DNA from: Faecousia sp.
GTDB taxonomy: Bacteria; Bacillota; Clostridia; Oscillospirales; Oscillospiraceae
Direction of reading: 5' to 3'
NCBI GenBank assembly: GCA_045659205.1
Contig: JAZOWK010000010.1
Span: 30,405 to 94,404, forward strand
DNA length: 64,000 bases
A model generated the notes under the pieces. It did no database searches. It was not told the origin of the DNA and was given only the letters and a program-made list of their open reading frames with translations. Position 1 is the stretch's first letter; every line of letters begins with the position of its first letter. This document shows, piece after piece, positions 1 through 10,844 of the stretch. The position numbers and the translations under genes are program-made.

Positions 1-1075
1 TATTGATACAGATCCTGCATTGCTGAAGGAATATTGCCAAAAGGCGGATTTTGTGTTTAACCTGGCAGGCGTAAACCGTCCTCAAAATCAGGAGGAGTTT
101 ATGCAGGGCAATTTTGGCTTCGCCAGCACTCTGCTGGATACCCTGAAGGCCTGTAACAATACCTGCCCGGTGATGCTGTCCTCTTCCATTCAGGCGACCC
201 TGATTGGTCGCTATGACAGCGAGTACGGCAGAAGCAAGAAGGCAGGGGAGGAGCTGTTCTTTAGCTACGGCGAGCAGACTGGGGCAAAGGTACTGGTGTA
301 CCGTTTTCCTAACCTGTTTGGCAAGTGGTGCCGCCCCAACTATAACAGTGCTGTAGCTACATTCTGCAACAATGTTGCAAATGATCTGCCTATTCAGGTC
401 AATGACCCCAGCGTTCAGCTGGAGCTTTTGTACATTGATGATTTGGTGGACGAAATGCTGGACGCATTGGAAGGTAAGGAGCACCGCTGTGAGTTTGAGG
501 GCATTGATACAATGCTGACAGAAGGCGGCCGCTATTGTGCCGCACCCATCACCCATAAGGTTACTTTGGGTGAAATTGTTGCTCTGCTGGAAAGCTTTAA
601 GGCGCAGCCCCAAACCCTGCAAATGCCCGCTATTCCCGCAGGCAGCTTTGCCAAAAAGCTTTATTCCACATATCTGAGTTACCTGCCCAAGGATGGTGCT
701 ATCTTCGACTTGAAGATGAACTGCGATGACCGTGGTAGCTTCACAGAATTGCTGAAAACTGCCGATTTCGGTCAGTTTTCCGTAAATATCTCCAAGCCCG
801 GCATTACCAAAGGTCAGCATTGGCACAATACCAAGTGGGAGTTCTTCATTGTGGTTTCCGGCAGGGCGCTCATTCAGCAGCGGAAAATCGGCACTGAGGA
901 AGTGCTGAATTTCGAAGTTTCAGGTGAAAAGATCCAGGCAGTTCATATGCTGCCCGGCTATACCCATAACATTATCAATTTAAGTGACACAGAAGACCTG
1001 GTGACCCTTATGTGGGCCAACGAGCAGTTTGACCCGGGTAGACCCGATACCTTCTTTGAAAAAGTGGAGGAATGA
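1..1075 (+). CDS. Capsular polysaccharide biosynthesis protein CapF/FnlB-like (NAD-dependent epimerase + C-terminal cupin), 5' truncated by window
   Basis: FNLAGVNRP, YGRSK, GKWCRPNYNSAVATFC and KGQHWH motifs; frame is open to the window start. Confidence 0.85.
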   Translation, partial: IDTDPALLKEYCQKADFVFNLAGVNRPQNQEEFMQGNFGFASTLLDTLKACNNTCPVMLSSSIQATLIGRYDSEYGRSKKAGEELFFSYGEQTGAKVLVYRFPNLFGKWCRPNYNSAVATFCNNVANDLPIQVNDPSVQLELLYIDDLVDEMLDALEGKEHRCEFEGIDTMLTEGGRYCAAPITHKVTLGEIVALLESFKAQPQTLQMPAIPAGSFAKKLYSTYLSYLPKDGAIFDLKMNCDDRGSFTELLKTADFGQFSVNISKPGITKGQHWHNTKWEFFIVVSGRALIQQRKIGTEEVLNFEVSGEKIQAVHMLPGYTHNIINLSDTEDLVTLMWANEQFDPGRPDTFFEKVEE

Positions 1076-1078
1076 ACA

Positions 1079-2239
1079 ATGGCATCTTTTAAGAATAACG
1101 GCAAATTGAAGCTGCTGATCATCGTTGGCACACGGCCGGAGATCATCCGCCTTGCTGCGGTCATCAATAAGTGCCGCAAGTATTTTGATACGATTTTGGC
1201 ACATACCGGCCAAAACTACGATTATAACCTCAACGGTGTGTTTTTTCACGATTTGGAGCTGGCAGATCCGGAGGTGTATCTGGATGCAGTTGGCGCAGAC
1301 CTGGGTGAGACCATAGGTAACATTATTGCCAAGTCTTACCAGCTGATGGTGGAGATTCAGCCCGATGCTGTACTTGTGCTGGGCGATACCAATTCCTGCC
1401 TGTCTGTGATTGGCGCCAAGCGGCTGCATATTCCCATTTTCCATATGGAATCAGGTAACCGCTGCAAAGATGAGTGCCTGCCTGAGGAAACCAACCGCCG
1501 CATCGTGGATATTATTTCCGATGTAAATATGTGCTATTCTGAGCACGCCCGTCGCTACCTTGCAGATAACGGCCTGCCCAGAGAGCGCACCTATGTGACC
1601 GGCTCTCCTATGGCCGAAGTGCTGCACAATAACCTGAGCAAAATTGAAGCCAGCGATATCCACGCCCGCCTGGGTCTTCAGAAGGGTAGATATATCCTCC
1701 TTTCTGCTCACCGGGAAGAGAATATCGATACCGAGAAGAACTTTACTTCTTTATTTACTGCTATTAACAAAATGGCTGAAAAGTACGATATGCCTATTCT
1801 CTATTCCTGCCACCCCCGCAGCAGAAACAGACTGGCAACCAGCGGTTTCCAGCTGGACAAGCGCGTGATTCAGCACGAGCCTCTGGGCTTCCACGATTAT
1901 AACTGCCTGCAGATGAATGCTTTTGCAGTTGTTTCCGATAGCGGTACTCTGCCTGAGGAAAGCAGCTTCTTTACCTCTGTTGGCAAGTCCTTCCCGGCAG
2001 TTTGCATCCGCACTTCTACGGAGCGTCCTGAAGCGCTGGACAAGGGCTGCTTTGTGCTGGCAGGCATCGATGAAAAGAGCCTGCTGCAGGCGGTGGATAC
2101 GGCTGTTTCTATGGTGGAAGCCGGCGATAATGGTATTCCCGTGCCTGATTATGTGGAAGAGAATGTATCTACAAAGGTGGTAAAGCTGATCCAGTCTTAC
2201 ACCGGCGTAGTTAATAAGATGGTATGGCGTAAGGGCTAA
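1079..2239 (+). CDS. wecB: UDP-N-acetylglucosamine 2-epimerase family (CapG/FnlC-like)
   Basis: VGTRPEIIR, HTGQNYD, LGDTNS, PEETNR, SDSG motifs; follows the CapF-like gene. Confidence 0.9.
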   Translation: MASFKNNGKLKLLIIVGTRPEIIRLAAVINKCRKYFDTILAHTGQNYDYNLNGVFFHDLELADPEVYLDAVGADLGETIGNIIAKSYQLMVEIQPDAVLVLGDTNSCLSVIGAKRLHIPIFHMESGNRCKDECLPEETNRRIVDIISDVNMCYSEHARRYLADNGLPRERTYVTGSPMAEVLHNNLSKIEASDIHARLGLQKGRYILLSAHREENIDTEKNFTSLFTAINKMAEKYDMPILYSCHPRSRNRLATSGFQLDKRVIQHEPLGFHDYNCLQMNAFAVVSDSGTLPEESSFFTSVGKSFPAVCIRTSTERPEALDKGCFVLAGIDEKSLLQAVDTAVSMVEAGDNGIPVPDYVEENVSTKVVKLIQSYTGVVNKMVWRKG

Positions 2240-2274
2240 GCCCCCGTTATACATTAGAAGAAAGGACCAGCCCT

Positions 2275-3459
2275 ATGAAACAATCGATGCCACAGCTTAT
2301 GCTTCAGTTGCTTTCCTATGCAATTTGCGGCAATTGCCTGCCTGCAAATATGCCTGAGCAGCTCACTGCAGAATGCGTGCAGGAAATGTATAAGCTGGCT
2401 GTAAAGCACGATATCGGCAGCGTCATAGGGGAGGCTTTGTATGCTTCCGGCCTTAGCGAGCAGCTTGGGGAATATTATGCCCCTTTTCAAAAGCTGCAGC
2501 TTGCGGCAGTAATGCGCTATGAAAAGTCCAATTATGAGCTGAATAGAATCTGTCAGGTTCTGGAAACTGCTCACATTCCCTTTATGCCCTTAAAGGGCAG
2601 TGTGTTGCGCAACCATTACCCGGCTCCCTGGATGCGCACAAGCTGCGATATTGATATTCTTGTGCCTGCCGACAGGATTGATGCGGCAGCGGAATGTATT
2701 GTGCAGCATTTGCATTATGAGCTTAAGGGCAAGAGCAGCCATGACTTTGACCTTCGTGCGAAAAATGGGCAACATCTGGAGCTGCATTACGACCTGATTG
2801 AAGATAGCTTTAATGTAGCAGGTGCGCAGATTCTGCAGCGTGTGTGGGATTCTGCCGTCCTTGCTCCCGGCTTTGAATATCGGTACCAAATGCCTGACAG
2901 TATGTTCTACTTTTATCACATTGCGCATATGGCCAAGCATTTTGAAACCGGTGGCTGCGGCATCCGCTCGTTTATGGATCTTTGGATATTGGACACTTTG
3001 CCTGATGCCGATGTACAAGAGCGGGAAGCGATCCTGCAGGCAGGTGACTTGCTAAAGTTTGCCGAAACTGTCAGATTTCTTGGCAGAGCCTGGCAAACAG
3101 GGGGGCAGCTGCCCGAACACCTGGAGCAGGTGCAGGCCTATATTCTTGATGGCGGCTCTTACGGGTCCCTGGAAAACTGGGTCAACGTTCAAGGAGAAAA
3201 GCAAGGCGGCAAAAAGAATTATCTCCTTTACCGCTTGTTTCTTCCTTTTGATGTGCTGTGCTATGCTTACCCTGTGCTGGAACGGCATAAATGGCTTTAT
3301 CCTGTAATGCAGGTGGTGCGCTGGTTTAAAATATTTAATCCGGTTAGCAGATCGAAGGTTAAGCACGAACTTGCCTTTAACAAAAATTGCAATGATGATG
3401 TTCACGCAAGAGTCCGTCAGTTGTTCTCTGCGGTTGGACTGGACAAAACGCAAAAATAA
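2275..3459 (+). CDS. Nucleotidyltransferase family protein (NTP_transf_5-like)
   Basis: PLKG...YP.P..R.SCDIDILV and LELH motifs. Confidence 0.75.
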   Translation: MKQSMPQLMLQLLSYAICGNCLPANMPEQLTAECVQEMYKLAVKHDIGSVIGEALYASGLSEQLGEYYAPFQKLQLAAVMRYEKSNYELNRICQVLETAHIPFMPLKGSVLRNHYPAPWMRTSCDIDILVPADRIDAAAECIVQHLHYELKGKSSHDFDLRAKNGQHLELHYDLIEDSFNVAGAQILQRVWDSAVLAPGFEYRYQMPDSMFYFYHIAHMAKHFETGGCGIRSFMDLWILDTLPDADVQEREAILQAGDLLKFAETVRFLGRAWQTGGQLPEHLEQVQAYILDGGSYGSLENWVNVQGEKQGGKKNYLLYRLFLPFDVLCYAYPVLERHKWLYPVMQVVRWFKIFNPVSRSKVKHELAFNKNCNDDVHARVRQLFSAVGLDKTQK

Positions 3460-3471
3460 TGAGGTCAAATT

Positions 3472-4488
3472 ATGGAATACAGAATTTTAGGAAAAACCGG
3501 GCTTAAGATTTCCCGGCTTGGTTTCGGTGGTATTCCCATCCAGCGTATTGATGCCGAAGGCACAAAAAAGCTGATGCATTGCCTTTTGGAGCAGAGCGTC
3601 AATTTTATCGATACTGCGCGTTATTACACGGTTAGTGAGGAATACCTGGGTTATGCATTAGAGGGTATCCGTGACAAATTCGTGCTGGCTACCAAGAGTA
3701 TGGCTCGCAGCAAAGAGGGTATGGAGAAGGACATTGCCCAGAGCCTTGAGAATTTGCGTACCGATTACATCGATCTGTATCAGCTGCATAATCCCAATGC
3801 GAAGGACTTAGAGCAGGTGCTTGCTCCCGGTGGCGCGCTGGAAGCCCTCGTTGAGGCTAAAATAGCCGGAAAAATCGGTCATATCGGCATTACACTACAT
3901 AGCGTAGACCTGTTCCGTCAGGCTGTGGATTTCGATTGGGTGGAAACCATTATGTTCCCCTATAATATTGTGGAGACCCAGGGCGAAGACCTGATCGCTA
4001 AGTGCAAGGAAAGAAACATTGGTTTTATTTGTATGAAGCCTATGGCTGGTGGCGCGCTGGATGATGCTACCCTGGCGCTGCGCTACATTTGCCAAAATGA
4101 TGCTGTATCTGTAGTTATCCCCGGTATGGCAGAGGAGAAGGAAATTCTGCAGAATGTAGCTGCTGCGGCAGATACAAGACCTTTGACCGATGAAGAGCAG
4201 GCTGCCATTGACATGATTCGTAATACCCTGGGAACGCAGTTCTGCCGTCGGTGTAATTACTGTGCGCCTTGTACTGTAGGTGTTCCCATTTCTATGATGT
4301 TCCTGCTGGAAGGCTATTACAAGCGGTATGACCTGAAAGATTGGGCTGTTGCCCGGTATGAAGGCTTGGCAAAGCACGCGGCTGACTGCATTGAATGTGG
4401 CGTTTGTGAGACCCGTTGTCCCTACAATCTGCCTATTCGACAAATGCTGAAGGAAGTAGACAAGACCTTTGCAGGCCATAAGGGATAA
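3472..4488 (+). CDS. Aldo/keto reductase with C-terminal 4Fe-4S dicluster
   Basis: LGKTGLKISRLGFG, DTARYY, LRTDYIDLYQLH; CxxCxxC and CxxCxxCxxxCP. Confidence 0.9.
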   Translation: MEYRILGKTGLKISRLGFGGIPIQRIDAEGTKKLMHCLLEQSVNFIDTARYYTVSEEYLGYALEGIRDKFVLATKSMARSKEGMEKDIAQSLENLRTDYIDLYQLHNPNAKDLEQVLAPGGALEALVEAKIAGKIGHIGITLHSVDLFRQAVDFDWVETIMFPYNIVETQGEDLIAKCKERNIGFICMKPMAGGALDDATLALRYICQNDAVSVVIPGMAEEKEILQNVAAAADTRPLTDEEQAAIDMIRNTLGTQFCRRCNYCAPCTVGVPISMMFLLEGYYKRYDLKDWAVARYEGLAKHAADCIECGVCETRCPYNLPIRQMLKEVDKTFAGHKG

Positions 4489-4496
4489 GTAAAATT

Positions 4497-4531
4497 AAAA
4501 ACACGGGATGCTAAAAGCATCCCGTGTTTTT
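4497..4531. terminator. Bidirectional intrinsic terminator
   Basis: AAAAACACGGGATGC-taaaa-GCATCCCGTGTTTTT between convergent genes. Confidence 0.85.
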
Positions 4532-4542
4532 GCGTATATTTG

Positions 4543-7332
4543 TTAAATTTCCAGCTCCAGCTTGCTGATAACAGCAGCGCAGCGGGGGCACAGGCCCTCT
4601 TCGTTTGCCTTGAGGCTGTGCATCCAGCAGCGGGGGCACTTTTCACCCTTGGCTTCGGTGACACCGACGGTCAGGGCGGGGAAGTTGCTGCCGTTGCCTA
4701 CCAGCGCGCCTTCCTCGGGAGCTTCCCAATCGCAGGAGGAAACGATGCAGATTTCAGCCAGGTTTACATCCTTGCAGGCTTCCTGCACAGCGCTGTCGGT
4801 GCAGCTCAGGCTTACATGTGCCTCCAAAGCCTTGCCGATGCGCTTGTCAGCGCGGGCCAGCTCCAGAACACCGTTTACATCCTGACGGAGCTTCATAACC
4901 GTGTTCCACTTAGCCATTTCCTCATCGGTCAGGGCATAAGCACTGAAGTCTGCGGGCATCTGATTCAGCAGCACATTGCGGCCATCGTCTTCACTGCGGT
5001 GGGGCATAGCCTGCCAGATCTCATCACAGGTGAATGCCAGAATGGGAGCAAAGAGCTTTGCCATGGCATCCAGGATCAGGAACAGGGCGGTCTGTGCAGA
5101 GCGGCGGCGCAGGCCGTTTGCTTCTTCGCAGTACAGACGATCCTTAAGAATATCCAGGTAGAAGGAGCTGAGATCAACAACACAGAAATCGTTGATGGCG
5201 TGGGTGATGTTGTGGAACTCGTAGCCGTTGTATGCCTTGCGGCAGTACTTGGTCAGCGCATCCAGCTTGGTCAGCGCCCACTTGTCCAGCTCTTCCATAT
5301 CAGCTGCGGCTACCAGGTTATTGGGATCAAAACCATCCAGGTTGCCCAGGCAATAACGGGCAGTGTTACGGAACTTCAGGTAGTTCTGGGCGATCTGCTT
5401 GAAGATTTCCTTGGAGCAGCGCACATCAGCGTGGTAATCGGAGGAGGCGGCCCACAGACGGACAATGTCTGCGCCGAAGTCCTTGATCAGGTCAGCAGGA
5501 TCTACACCGTTGCCCAGGCTCTTGTGCATTGCACGGCCCTGGCCGTCAACCACCCAGCCGTGGGTCAGCACCTGCTTGAAGGGAGCGCCTTGTTCCAGCG
5601 CGCCTACAGAGGTCAGCAGGGAGGACTGGAACCAACCGCGGTACTGGTCTGCGCCTTCCAGGTATACATCGGCAGGCCACAGCTCAGGGGTGCGATGCAT
5701 TAAAGATGCAAAGTGGGTGGAGCCGGAGTCAAACCAGCAGTCCAGGGTGTCGGTTTCCTTGGTGAAGTGCTTGCCGCCGCAGTGGGGGCAGGTGAAGCCA
5801 TCCGGTACAAGCTCCATAGCTTCCTTTTCAAACCAGATATTGGAGCCGTGCTCATCAAAGAGCTTGGAGATCTTTTCAATGGATTCAGGATTGGAAACAG
5901 GCTTGCCGCAATCGTCGCAGTAGAACACCGGGATGGGCAGACCCCAGCGGCGCTGACGGGAGATACACCAGTCGGCGCGCTCGCGAATCATGCTGACCAT
6001 ACGGTCCTCACCCCAGGCAGGATACCACTGCACATTCTCAATAGCAGCTACGGCCTGATCCTTGAAGGATTCTACGGAGCAGAACCACTGAGGAGTAGCC
6101 CGGAAGATAATGGGCTTCTTGCAGCGGTCGTGGTGGGGGTAGGAGTGGATGATCTCTTCAGCTGCGAACAGCATACCGGATTCGGTCATATCTGCTTTAA
6201 TGACGGGGTTAGATTCCTCGGTCTTCATACCGGCATACTTGCCTGCATAATCGGTATGACGGCCGTAGTCGTCCACAGGAACGATCAGCTCCATACCGTA
6301 GCGCATACAGGTCTGATAGTCGTCTGCGCCGAAGCCGGGGGCGGTGTGAACGCAGCCGGTACCGGAATCCATAGTGACATATTCGGCATTGACCAGACGG
6401 GAGGTCTTGGGGAGGAAGGGATGCTTTGCCAGCATATTCTCGAAGAACTGACCGGGGTAGGTGGCCAGAACTTCGTAGTTTTCAAAGCCGCCCATCTTCA
6501 TGGTCTTTTCTGTCAATGCTTCGGCCATAATGTAGGTCTCACCGTTTTCTGCCTTTACCAGCACATAGCTGTCCCGGGGATGGAGGCAGATACCCATATT
6601 ACCGGGCAGTGTCCAGATAGTAGTAGTCCAGATCACGAAGAAGGTCTTGCTCAGGTCAAAGGCGCTCAGCTTGCCCAGATCATCGTGGATGGGGAACTTC
6701 ACATAGACAGAAGTACAGGGATCGTCCTTGTATTCGATGTCAGCTTCAGCCACAGCGGTGGCGCAGAAGGGACACCAGGTGACAGGCTTCAGTCCCTTAT
6801 AAATATAACCCTTATCGAACATCCGGCCAAAGACCTTGACTTCCTGTGCTTCAAAGTGCTTGTCCATAGTGCGGTAGGGATGCTCCCAATCGCCCACAAC
6901 ACCCAGGCGCTTAAAGCCGCCCATCTGCTTCTGGATAAAGTCCTCAGCAAAGTCCTCACAGGCTTTTCGGAATTCGGGAACGGACATATCCTTGTTCAGC
7001 TTTTTCTTGGAATTTTCGATGGCGCGCTCAATGGGCAGACCGTGGTTATCCCAGCCGGGCACATAGGGGGTATAGAAACCCATCATTGCGTGGCTGCGGA
7101 CGATAAAATCCTTCAGGGTCTTATTCAGGGCGTGGCCCATATGAATGAAGCCGTTGGAGAAGGGAGGGCCATCGTGCAGTACGAAGGGGGGCAGATCCTT
7201 ATTCTTTTCCAGCATGGCGTTGTAAAGATCCAGCTCGTTCCACTTATCCAGCATACCCGGCTCACGGGCGGGAAGACCGGCCTTCATGGGGAAGTCGGTC
7301 TTCGGGGTGATGATTGTGTTTTTGTAATCCAA
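4543..7332 (-). CDS. ileS: Isoleucine--tRNA ligase
   Basis: HMGH (HIGH-like), GWDNHGLP, WCISRQR, AMHKS (KMSKS-like), C-terminal CPRC zinc finger; TTG start 7 nt after GGAGGT. Confidence 0.97.
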   Translation of the reverse strand: MDYKNTIITPKTDFPMKAGLPAREPGMLDKWNELDLYNAMLEKNKDLPPFVLHDGPPFSNGFIHMGHALNKTLKDFIVRSHAMMGFYTPYVPGWDNHGLPIERAIENSKKKLNKDMSVPEFRKACEDFAEDFIQKQMGGFKRLGVVGDWEHPYRTMDKHFEAQEVKVFGRMFDKGYIYKGLKPVTWCPFCATAVAEADIEYKDDPCTSVYVKFPIHDDLGKLSAFDLSKTFFVIWTTTIWTLPGNMGICLHPRDSYVLVKAENGETYIMAEALTEKTMKMGGFENYEVLATYPGQFFENMLAKHPFLPKTSRLVNAEYVTMDSGTGCVHTAPGFGADDYQTCMRYGMELIVPVDDYGRHTDYAGKYAGMKTEESNPVIKADMTESGMLFAAEEIIHSYPHHDRCKKPIIFRATPQWFCSVESFKDQAVAAIENVQWYPAWGEDRMVSMIRERADWCISRQRRWGLPIPVFYCDDCGKPVSNPESIEKISKLFDEHGSNIWFEKEAMELVPDGFTCPHCGGKHFTKETDTLDCWFDSGSTHFASLMHRTPELWPADVYLEGADQYRGWFQSSLLTSVGALEQGAPFKQVLTHGWVVDGQGRAMHKSLGNGVDPADLIKDFGADIVRLWAASSDYHADVRCSKEIFKQIAQNYLKFRNTARYCLGNLDGFDPNNLVAAADMEELDKWALTKLDALTKYCRKAYNGYEFHNITHAINDFCVVDLSSFYLDILKDRLYCEEANGLRRRSAQTALFLILDAMAKLFAPILAFTCDEIWQAMPHRSEDDGRNVLLNQMPADFSAYALTDEEMAKWNTVMKLRQDVNGVLELARADKRIGKALEAHVSLSCTDSAVQEACKDVNLAEICIVSSCDWEAPEEGALVGNGSNFPALTVGVTEAKGEKCPRCWMHSLKANEEGLCPRCAAVISKLELEI

Positions 7333-7351
7333 CTCAATTACCTCCATAAAA

Positions 7352-7592
7352 ATAAAAGCGCCTTTGTCCCTATCAAGAGACAAAGGCGCATAGTCCTCTG
7401 CGGTACCACTCTCGTTCCGGTAATTACCGGCACTCGTATGCGCTTTATCGGGCGCACCCGGCGCGGTCTACAGCCAAAGGCTTTCGGCGCGCAGCTCAGA
7501 GGGGATATGCCTTGCATCCTGCCAACTGCCTTGCACCTACCGGCAGCTCTCTGGTGGCGGTGTTGCAAACACCTGTCCTCGTCATAGCTTTT
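7352..7592 (-). promoter_or_regulatory. T-box riboswitch (Ile)
   Basis: Minus strand has T-box GAGAGTGGTACCGC, then terminator GCGCCTTTGTC..GACAAAGGCGCTTTT directly upstream of ileS; candidate AUC specifier in GCATATCCCC. Confidence 0.88.
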
Positions 7593-7594
7593 AT

Positions 7595-8275
7595 TTATCT
7601 CTGGGAAACTTCGTAATTCTTGCCGAACTGCAGGTTGGCAAACTTGGTGGTAGTATCAGCCACGGGATGATGCGGCTCTGCAGTGGGAGCGGTGTCATCG
7701 GTGGTGCCTACTAAGGCCTGCAGGCTGGCGGAGATCTCATCAGCCATAGAATCGGCAGAGTCGACCTTGCCTTCTACCTGATCGTAATCAAAGGCAGTGT
7801 TGGCAGCCATACGGTATGCAGGGCGGTTGCTTTCCTTAATCCGGGTCAGAGCCTGCATACAGGAGTCCAGCTGGGAAAGCAGCTCTTCGATCTTGGCGCA
7901 GGCGGCCTGCTTGGCTTCTTCGATGCGGTCGTTTTCCGCAGCTACCAAAGCATCGGCATTCTTGGCATTTTCCAAAGCGGTGTCATTTGCTTCGGAGAGC
8001 ATCTGGGCGCATTTGGCTTCGGCTTCCTTGACCATCATATCACAGGTCTTTTGGGCGTTGACCATAGCATCCTTCATGCTGGATTCATTGGCACGGTACT
8101 CTTCCAGCTTGCTGACCAGCACCTTCATCTTGCTCTTTAAAAGAGCATTTTCCTTATACAAGGTGATGTAGTCCTCAGTCAGGGGCTCAAGCACCGCATC
8201 TACAGCCTTCCGGTCATAGCCGCCGATGGCAGCCGTGCCGAAAGAGATCTGCTCTATCTGTTGCGGGGTGAACAT
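7595..8275 (-). CDS. DivIVA domain protein
   Basis: MFTPQQIEQISF..IGGYDRKAVD N-terminus plus coiled coil; synteny with sepF and yggS. Confidence 0.85.
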   Translation of the reverse strand: MFTPQQIEQISFGTAAIGGYDRKAVDAVLEPLTEDYITLYKENALLKSKMKVLVSKLEEYRANESSMKDAMVNAQKTCDMMVKEAEAKCAQMLSEANDTALENAKNADALVAAENDRIEEAKQAACAKIEELLSQLDSCMQALTRIKESNRPAYRMAANTAFDYDQVEGKVDSADSMADEISASLQALVGTTDDTAPTAEPHHPVADTTTKFANLQFGKNYEVSQR

Positions 8276-8294
8276 ATCTTTCTATCCTTTCAAA

Positions 8295-8813
8295 TTAGAG
8301 GTAGCTTTCCATTTCAACCTGGGTATTTTCCAGGTCACCCACCACATCCATATTGTGGGGGCAGAACAGGTAAGTGGACTGGGCAATCTTCTTGACGCTG
8401 CCGTCCAGAGCATAGACGCTGCCGGAGAGGAAGTCTACCACGCGGCGGGTCAGGCTCTTCTCCACATTTTCCATGTTCAGGATCACGGCCTTCTTCTTAC
8501 GAAGCTCGTCAGCTGCCTTGGCAGCATCGTCAAAGGTCTTTGCGTGGAACAGGACAACTTCCTGCTTACCGGAGCTCATATTCAGCACCTGGCCGGAAAA
8601 ACCGGTAGAAGCGGGGGCGGGGGTGCTGGGAGCGGCAGGCTCAGCAGCAGCGCTGCGGCCTAAAGAAGCAAAGGGAGAGGGGCGGCGGGAGGCTCTGGGA
8701 GCGGACTCCTGAACTTCCTCTTCGGGCTCTACTACTTCCTCATCATCATAATCATCATATTCCTCATCGGAATAGGGCTGGGTAAACTTTTTCATGCTAT
8801 CCCAAAAGCTCAT
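8295..8813 (-). CDS. sepF: Cell division protein SepF
   Basis: AVILNME...RRVVDFLSGSVYALDG motif. Confidence 0.92.
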   Translation of the reverse strand: MSFWDSMKKFTQPYSDEEYDDYDDEEVVEPEEEVQESAPRASRRPSPFASLGRSAAAEPAAPSTPAPASTGFSGQVLNMSSGKQEVVLFHAKTFDDAAKAADELRKKKAVILNMENVEKSLTRRVVDFLSGSVYALDGSVKKIAQSTYLFCPHNMDVVGDLENTQVEMESYL

Positions 8814-8842
8814 TTGAATTCCTCCTGATATGTTTACATCCA

Positions 8843-9550
8843 TTAAGGATGCGATGATACATAATCCCGGGCGCCAAAGATGGCAGTGCCGATGCGAACC
8901 ATTGTGCTTCCGCAGGCAATGGCATCGGTATAGTCATCAGACATACCCATGGACAATATGTCTACCCGTACATTATCGTATTTTTTTGCCGTTATGTCAA
9001 CAGAAAGGTTGTACATTTCTTGAAAAAATTTGTGATTATCTGTAGAATTTTGGGTAATTGGGGGGATTGCCATAAGACCCCGTATGCGAATGTTGGAAAA
9101 AGCGGCTGCGTTTTCCAAAAATGCATAAAGTTCCTGTACAGAAAAACCGGATTTGCTTTCTTCATTTGCAATATTTACTTCCAAAAGAATATCCTGCACG
9201 ATACCGATTTTTTCTGCCTGGGTGTTGATTGCGGCTGCAAGACGCTGGGAATCCACGCTTTGGATGAGATCCACTTTTCCCACTACTTGCTTTACCTTGT
9301 TGGTTTGCAAATGGCCGATAAAATGCACTGGCGCGCCGGTGTAGGCATTTTCAGAAAGCTTCTGGGTCAGCTCCTGCACCCGGTTTTCACCGCAGCAATC
9401 AACGCCTCCGGCAATGGCCTGACGGACGGCATCTGCATTATTCATTTTCGTTGCAGCGCAAAGCGCAATATCTTTGGGATCTCTGCCTGCTTTTATAGCA
9501 GCGGCATCCATTTTTTCACGGATGGCGGCAATATTTAGGGCTATGGACAT
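8843..9550 (-). CDS. yggS: YggS family PLP-binding protein
   Basis: GENRVQE, HFIGHLQTNK, LSMGMSDD, MVRIGTAIFG. Confidence 0.93.
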   Translation of the reverse strand: MSIALNIAAIREKMDAAAIKAGRDPKDIALCAATKMNNADAVRQAIAGGVDCCGENRVQELTQKLSENAYTGAPVHFIGHLQTNKVKQVVGKVDLIQSVDSQRLAAAINTQAEKIGIVQDILLEVNIANEESKSGFSVQELYAFLENAAAFSNIRIRGLMAIPPITQNSTDNHKFFQEMYNLSVDITAKKYDNVRVDILSMGMSDDYTDAIACGSTMVRIGTAIFGARDYVSSHP

Positions 9551-9577
9551 AAAATGCACCTCTTTGTATCTTCACAG

Positions 9578-9611
9578 AAAAAGGCGACGGATTTGCTCCG
9601 TCGCCTTTTTT
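9578..9611. terminator. Intrinsic terminator after hfq
   Basis: AAAAAGGCGACGGA-tttgc-TCCGTCGCCTTTTT. Confidence 0.75.
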
Positions 9612-9842
9612 CTACGCTGTGGGCTCTGCGGATCTCAGCGGCCGGATGGGGGCCAGGGTGGAGATGGCGTGCTTGTAGATCATTTGCTGCTTGCCATCGG
9701 TGACCAGCACCACCACGCAGCTGTCAAAGCCGGTAATGATGCCCCTGAGCTGAAAGCCGTTCATGAGAAACAGGGTAACAGGAACTTTTTCCTTCCCCAC
9801 TTCCTTCAAAATGGCGTCTTGTAAGGTTGAGCTTTGTAACAT
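9612..9842 (-). CDS. hfq: RNA chaperone Hfq
   Basis: [27 protein letters not shown]; downstream of miaA. Confidence 0.93.
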   Translation of the reverse strand: MLQSSTLQDAILKEVGKEKVPVTLFLMNGFQLRGIITGFDSCVVVLVTDGKQQMIYKHAISTLAPIRPLRSAEPTA

Positions 9843-9886
9843 ATGTACTCCTTCTTTCTGTTGGGATGTGCATATGTTACCATGAT

Positions 9887-10822
9887 TCACTTGTCGTATT
9901 CCTCAAGAATCTGTCGAAGCTTTTGGAGAATTTCCCCGGTTTGTTCGCCCTTTTTGCGGGTGAGCCAATGGATCTGGGGATTTTTACGGAACCAGGTCAG
10001 CTGCCGTTTGGCATAATGCCGGGAGGCCTGCTGTACCTGTGCAGTGGCTTCTTCCAGGGATATGGTTCCGTCCAGATGAGCGATAAATTCCTTGTAGCCG
10101 ATGGCCTGCAGGGCTGTGGACTTTTTATCGATGCCGCTACCAAGCAGCGCGCGTATTTCGTCAATCAGGCCGAGCTGCAGCATTAGTTCTACACGGGCAT
10201 CGATGCGGCTATATAAGTCCTCCCGGTTTTCATCCTGCAGGGCAAACCAACAGGCGGTAAATTTGGGCGGGATCAGCTGCGTTCTACGGTTGTGTTCCGT
10301 AATGGAAATGCCGGTTTCCAGGTAGACCTCCATTGCCCGGATGATCCGCTTTTGATCGGAAGGGTGCAGCCGCTGGGCAGACTCCGGGTCTACCGGGCGG
10401 AGCATTTCAATCACTTTTTCAATGCCTTCTGTTTGGGCGATTTGCTCTAACTCCTGACGGCGGCCCGTAGAAGGGTAGGGGGCAAAGGTGTTGCCACGGA
10501 TGAGGGCATCCATATAAAGGCCCGTGCCGCCAGCGATAATGGCGGTTTTACCCCGGGATAAGATATCTTCTAAAATGGGGGTGGCAGCTTCACAGTAACG
10601 GCTGACGGAATAATCCTCCCAGGGCTCAGCGACGCTGAGCATAAGGTGGGGGATGCCCTGCATTTCCTCCAAAGTAGGTTTGGCTGTACCAATGTCCATA
10701 CGCTTATAGATTTGCATGGAGTCGCAGGAAATCACTTCACCGTCTACCGCTTTTGCAAGCTCCACCGACAGGGCGGTTTTTCCGGAGGCGGTAGGCCCGG
10801 CAATACATATGATGTTGTGCAA
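9887..10822 (-). CDS. miaA: tRNA dimethylallyltransferase
   Basis: [29 protein letters not shown]. Confidence 0.95.
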   Translation of the reverse strand: MHNIICIAGPTASGKTALSVELAKAVDGEVISCDSMQIYKRMDIGTAKPTLEEMQGIPHLMLSVAEPWEDYSVSRYCEAATPILEDILSRGKTAIIAGGTGLYMDALIRGNTFAPYPSTGRRQELEQIAQTEGIEKVIEMLRPVDPESAQRLHPSDQKRIIRAMEVYLETGISITEHNRRTQLIPPKFTACWFALQDENREDLYSRIDARVELMLQLGLIDEIRALLGSGIDKKSTALQAIGYKEFIAHLDGTISLEEATAQVQQASRHYAKRQLTWFRKNPQIHWLTRKKGEQTGEILQKLRQILEEYDK

Positions 10823-10844
10823 AGGGGAAGCGCCTCCCTTTCTT

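Noticed and set aside
4540-7587. Long plus-strand ORFs (387 and 624 aa) opposite ileS, and similar antisense ORFs such as 31501-33267 and 57045-58118
   Set aside because: These are shadow ORFs of codon-biased real genes, with no motifs or RBS.
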